From: Octopus vulgaris
Lineage: Eukaryota
NCBI GenBank assembly: GCA_951406725.2
Contig: OX597824.1
Span: 35,092,001-35,156,000, forward strand
Direction of reading: 5' to 3'
Length of the DNA stretch: 64,000 nt
Both the position numbers and the translations under genes were made by a program. Position 1 is the stretch's first letter. Each line of letters begins with the position of its first letter. The notes under the pieces are model-generated. The model saw only the letters and a list, made by a program, of their open reading frames with translations. It did no database searches and had not been told where the DNA came from. Shown here in pieces: positions 63,815-64,000 of the stretch.

Positions 63815-64000
63815 TGATGTCAATGAGGATGCCATTGTCAAACAACAGGTTTGTTACCCCAAAAAGTGTTTACACTTCATTTCTGTGTTCTTCTGAAGTT
63901 GAAGAACTAGCATTTTAGCTTTTGCTAAAGGAGCTTGTCTATATTCTTTGTGCTGAGGAACTCATCATACTTGGTGACTTCAATGCTAGAGATGTCAAGA
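63815..64000 (+). mobile_element. RTE-type apurinic endonuclease domain fragment
   Basis: RMPLSNNRFVT..SVY...ELIILGDFNARD. Confidence 0.72.

Overview
AT-rich, repeat-dense animal genomic DNA; the SINE/RTE repeat families resemble those of octopus, which is an inference I cannot verify here. The minus strand carries eight coding exons (629 bp in total, all GT-AG and phase-compatible) of a MAP4K3/MAP4K5-type (GCK-I, Ste20 family) kinase. They splice to [211 protein letters not shown] did not find the first coding exon (Gly-rich loop), so the intron above 30306 is probably >33 kb; the gene continues below position 1. The introns hold decayed transposable elements: RTE LINEs with a PHD-like finger, CR1, R4/Dong-like, Penelope-like, Helitron, Tc1/mariner, piggyBac, hAT and Sola-like elements, tRNA-derived SINEs and microsatellites. 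The most notable items are a SINE>piggyBac>CR1 nested insertion with both TSDs intact, two fold-back hairpins with hammerhead-like cores, a candidate in-frame alternative first exon, and inverted repeats around a kinase exon. No prokaryotic-type system (CRISPR etc.) is supported. Boundaries of decayed elements are approximate unless a TSD or TIR is given.
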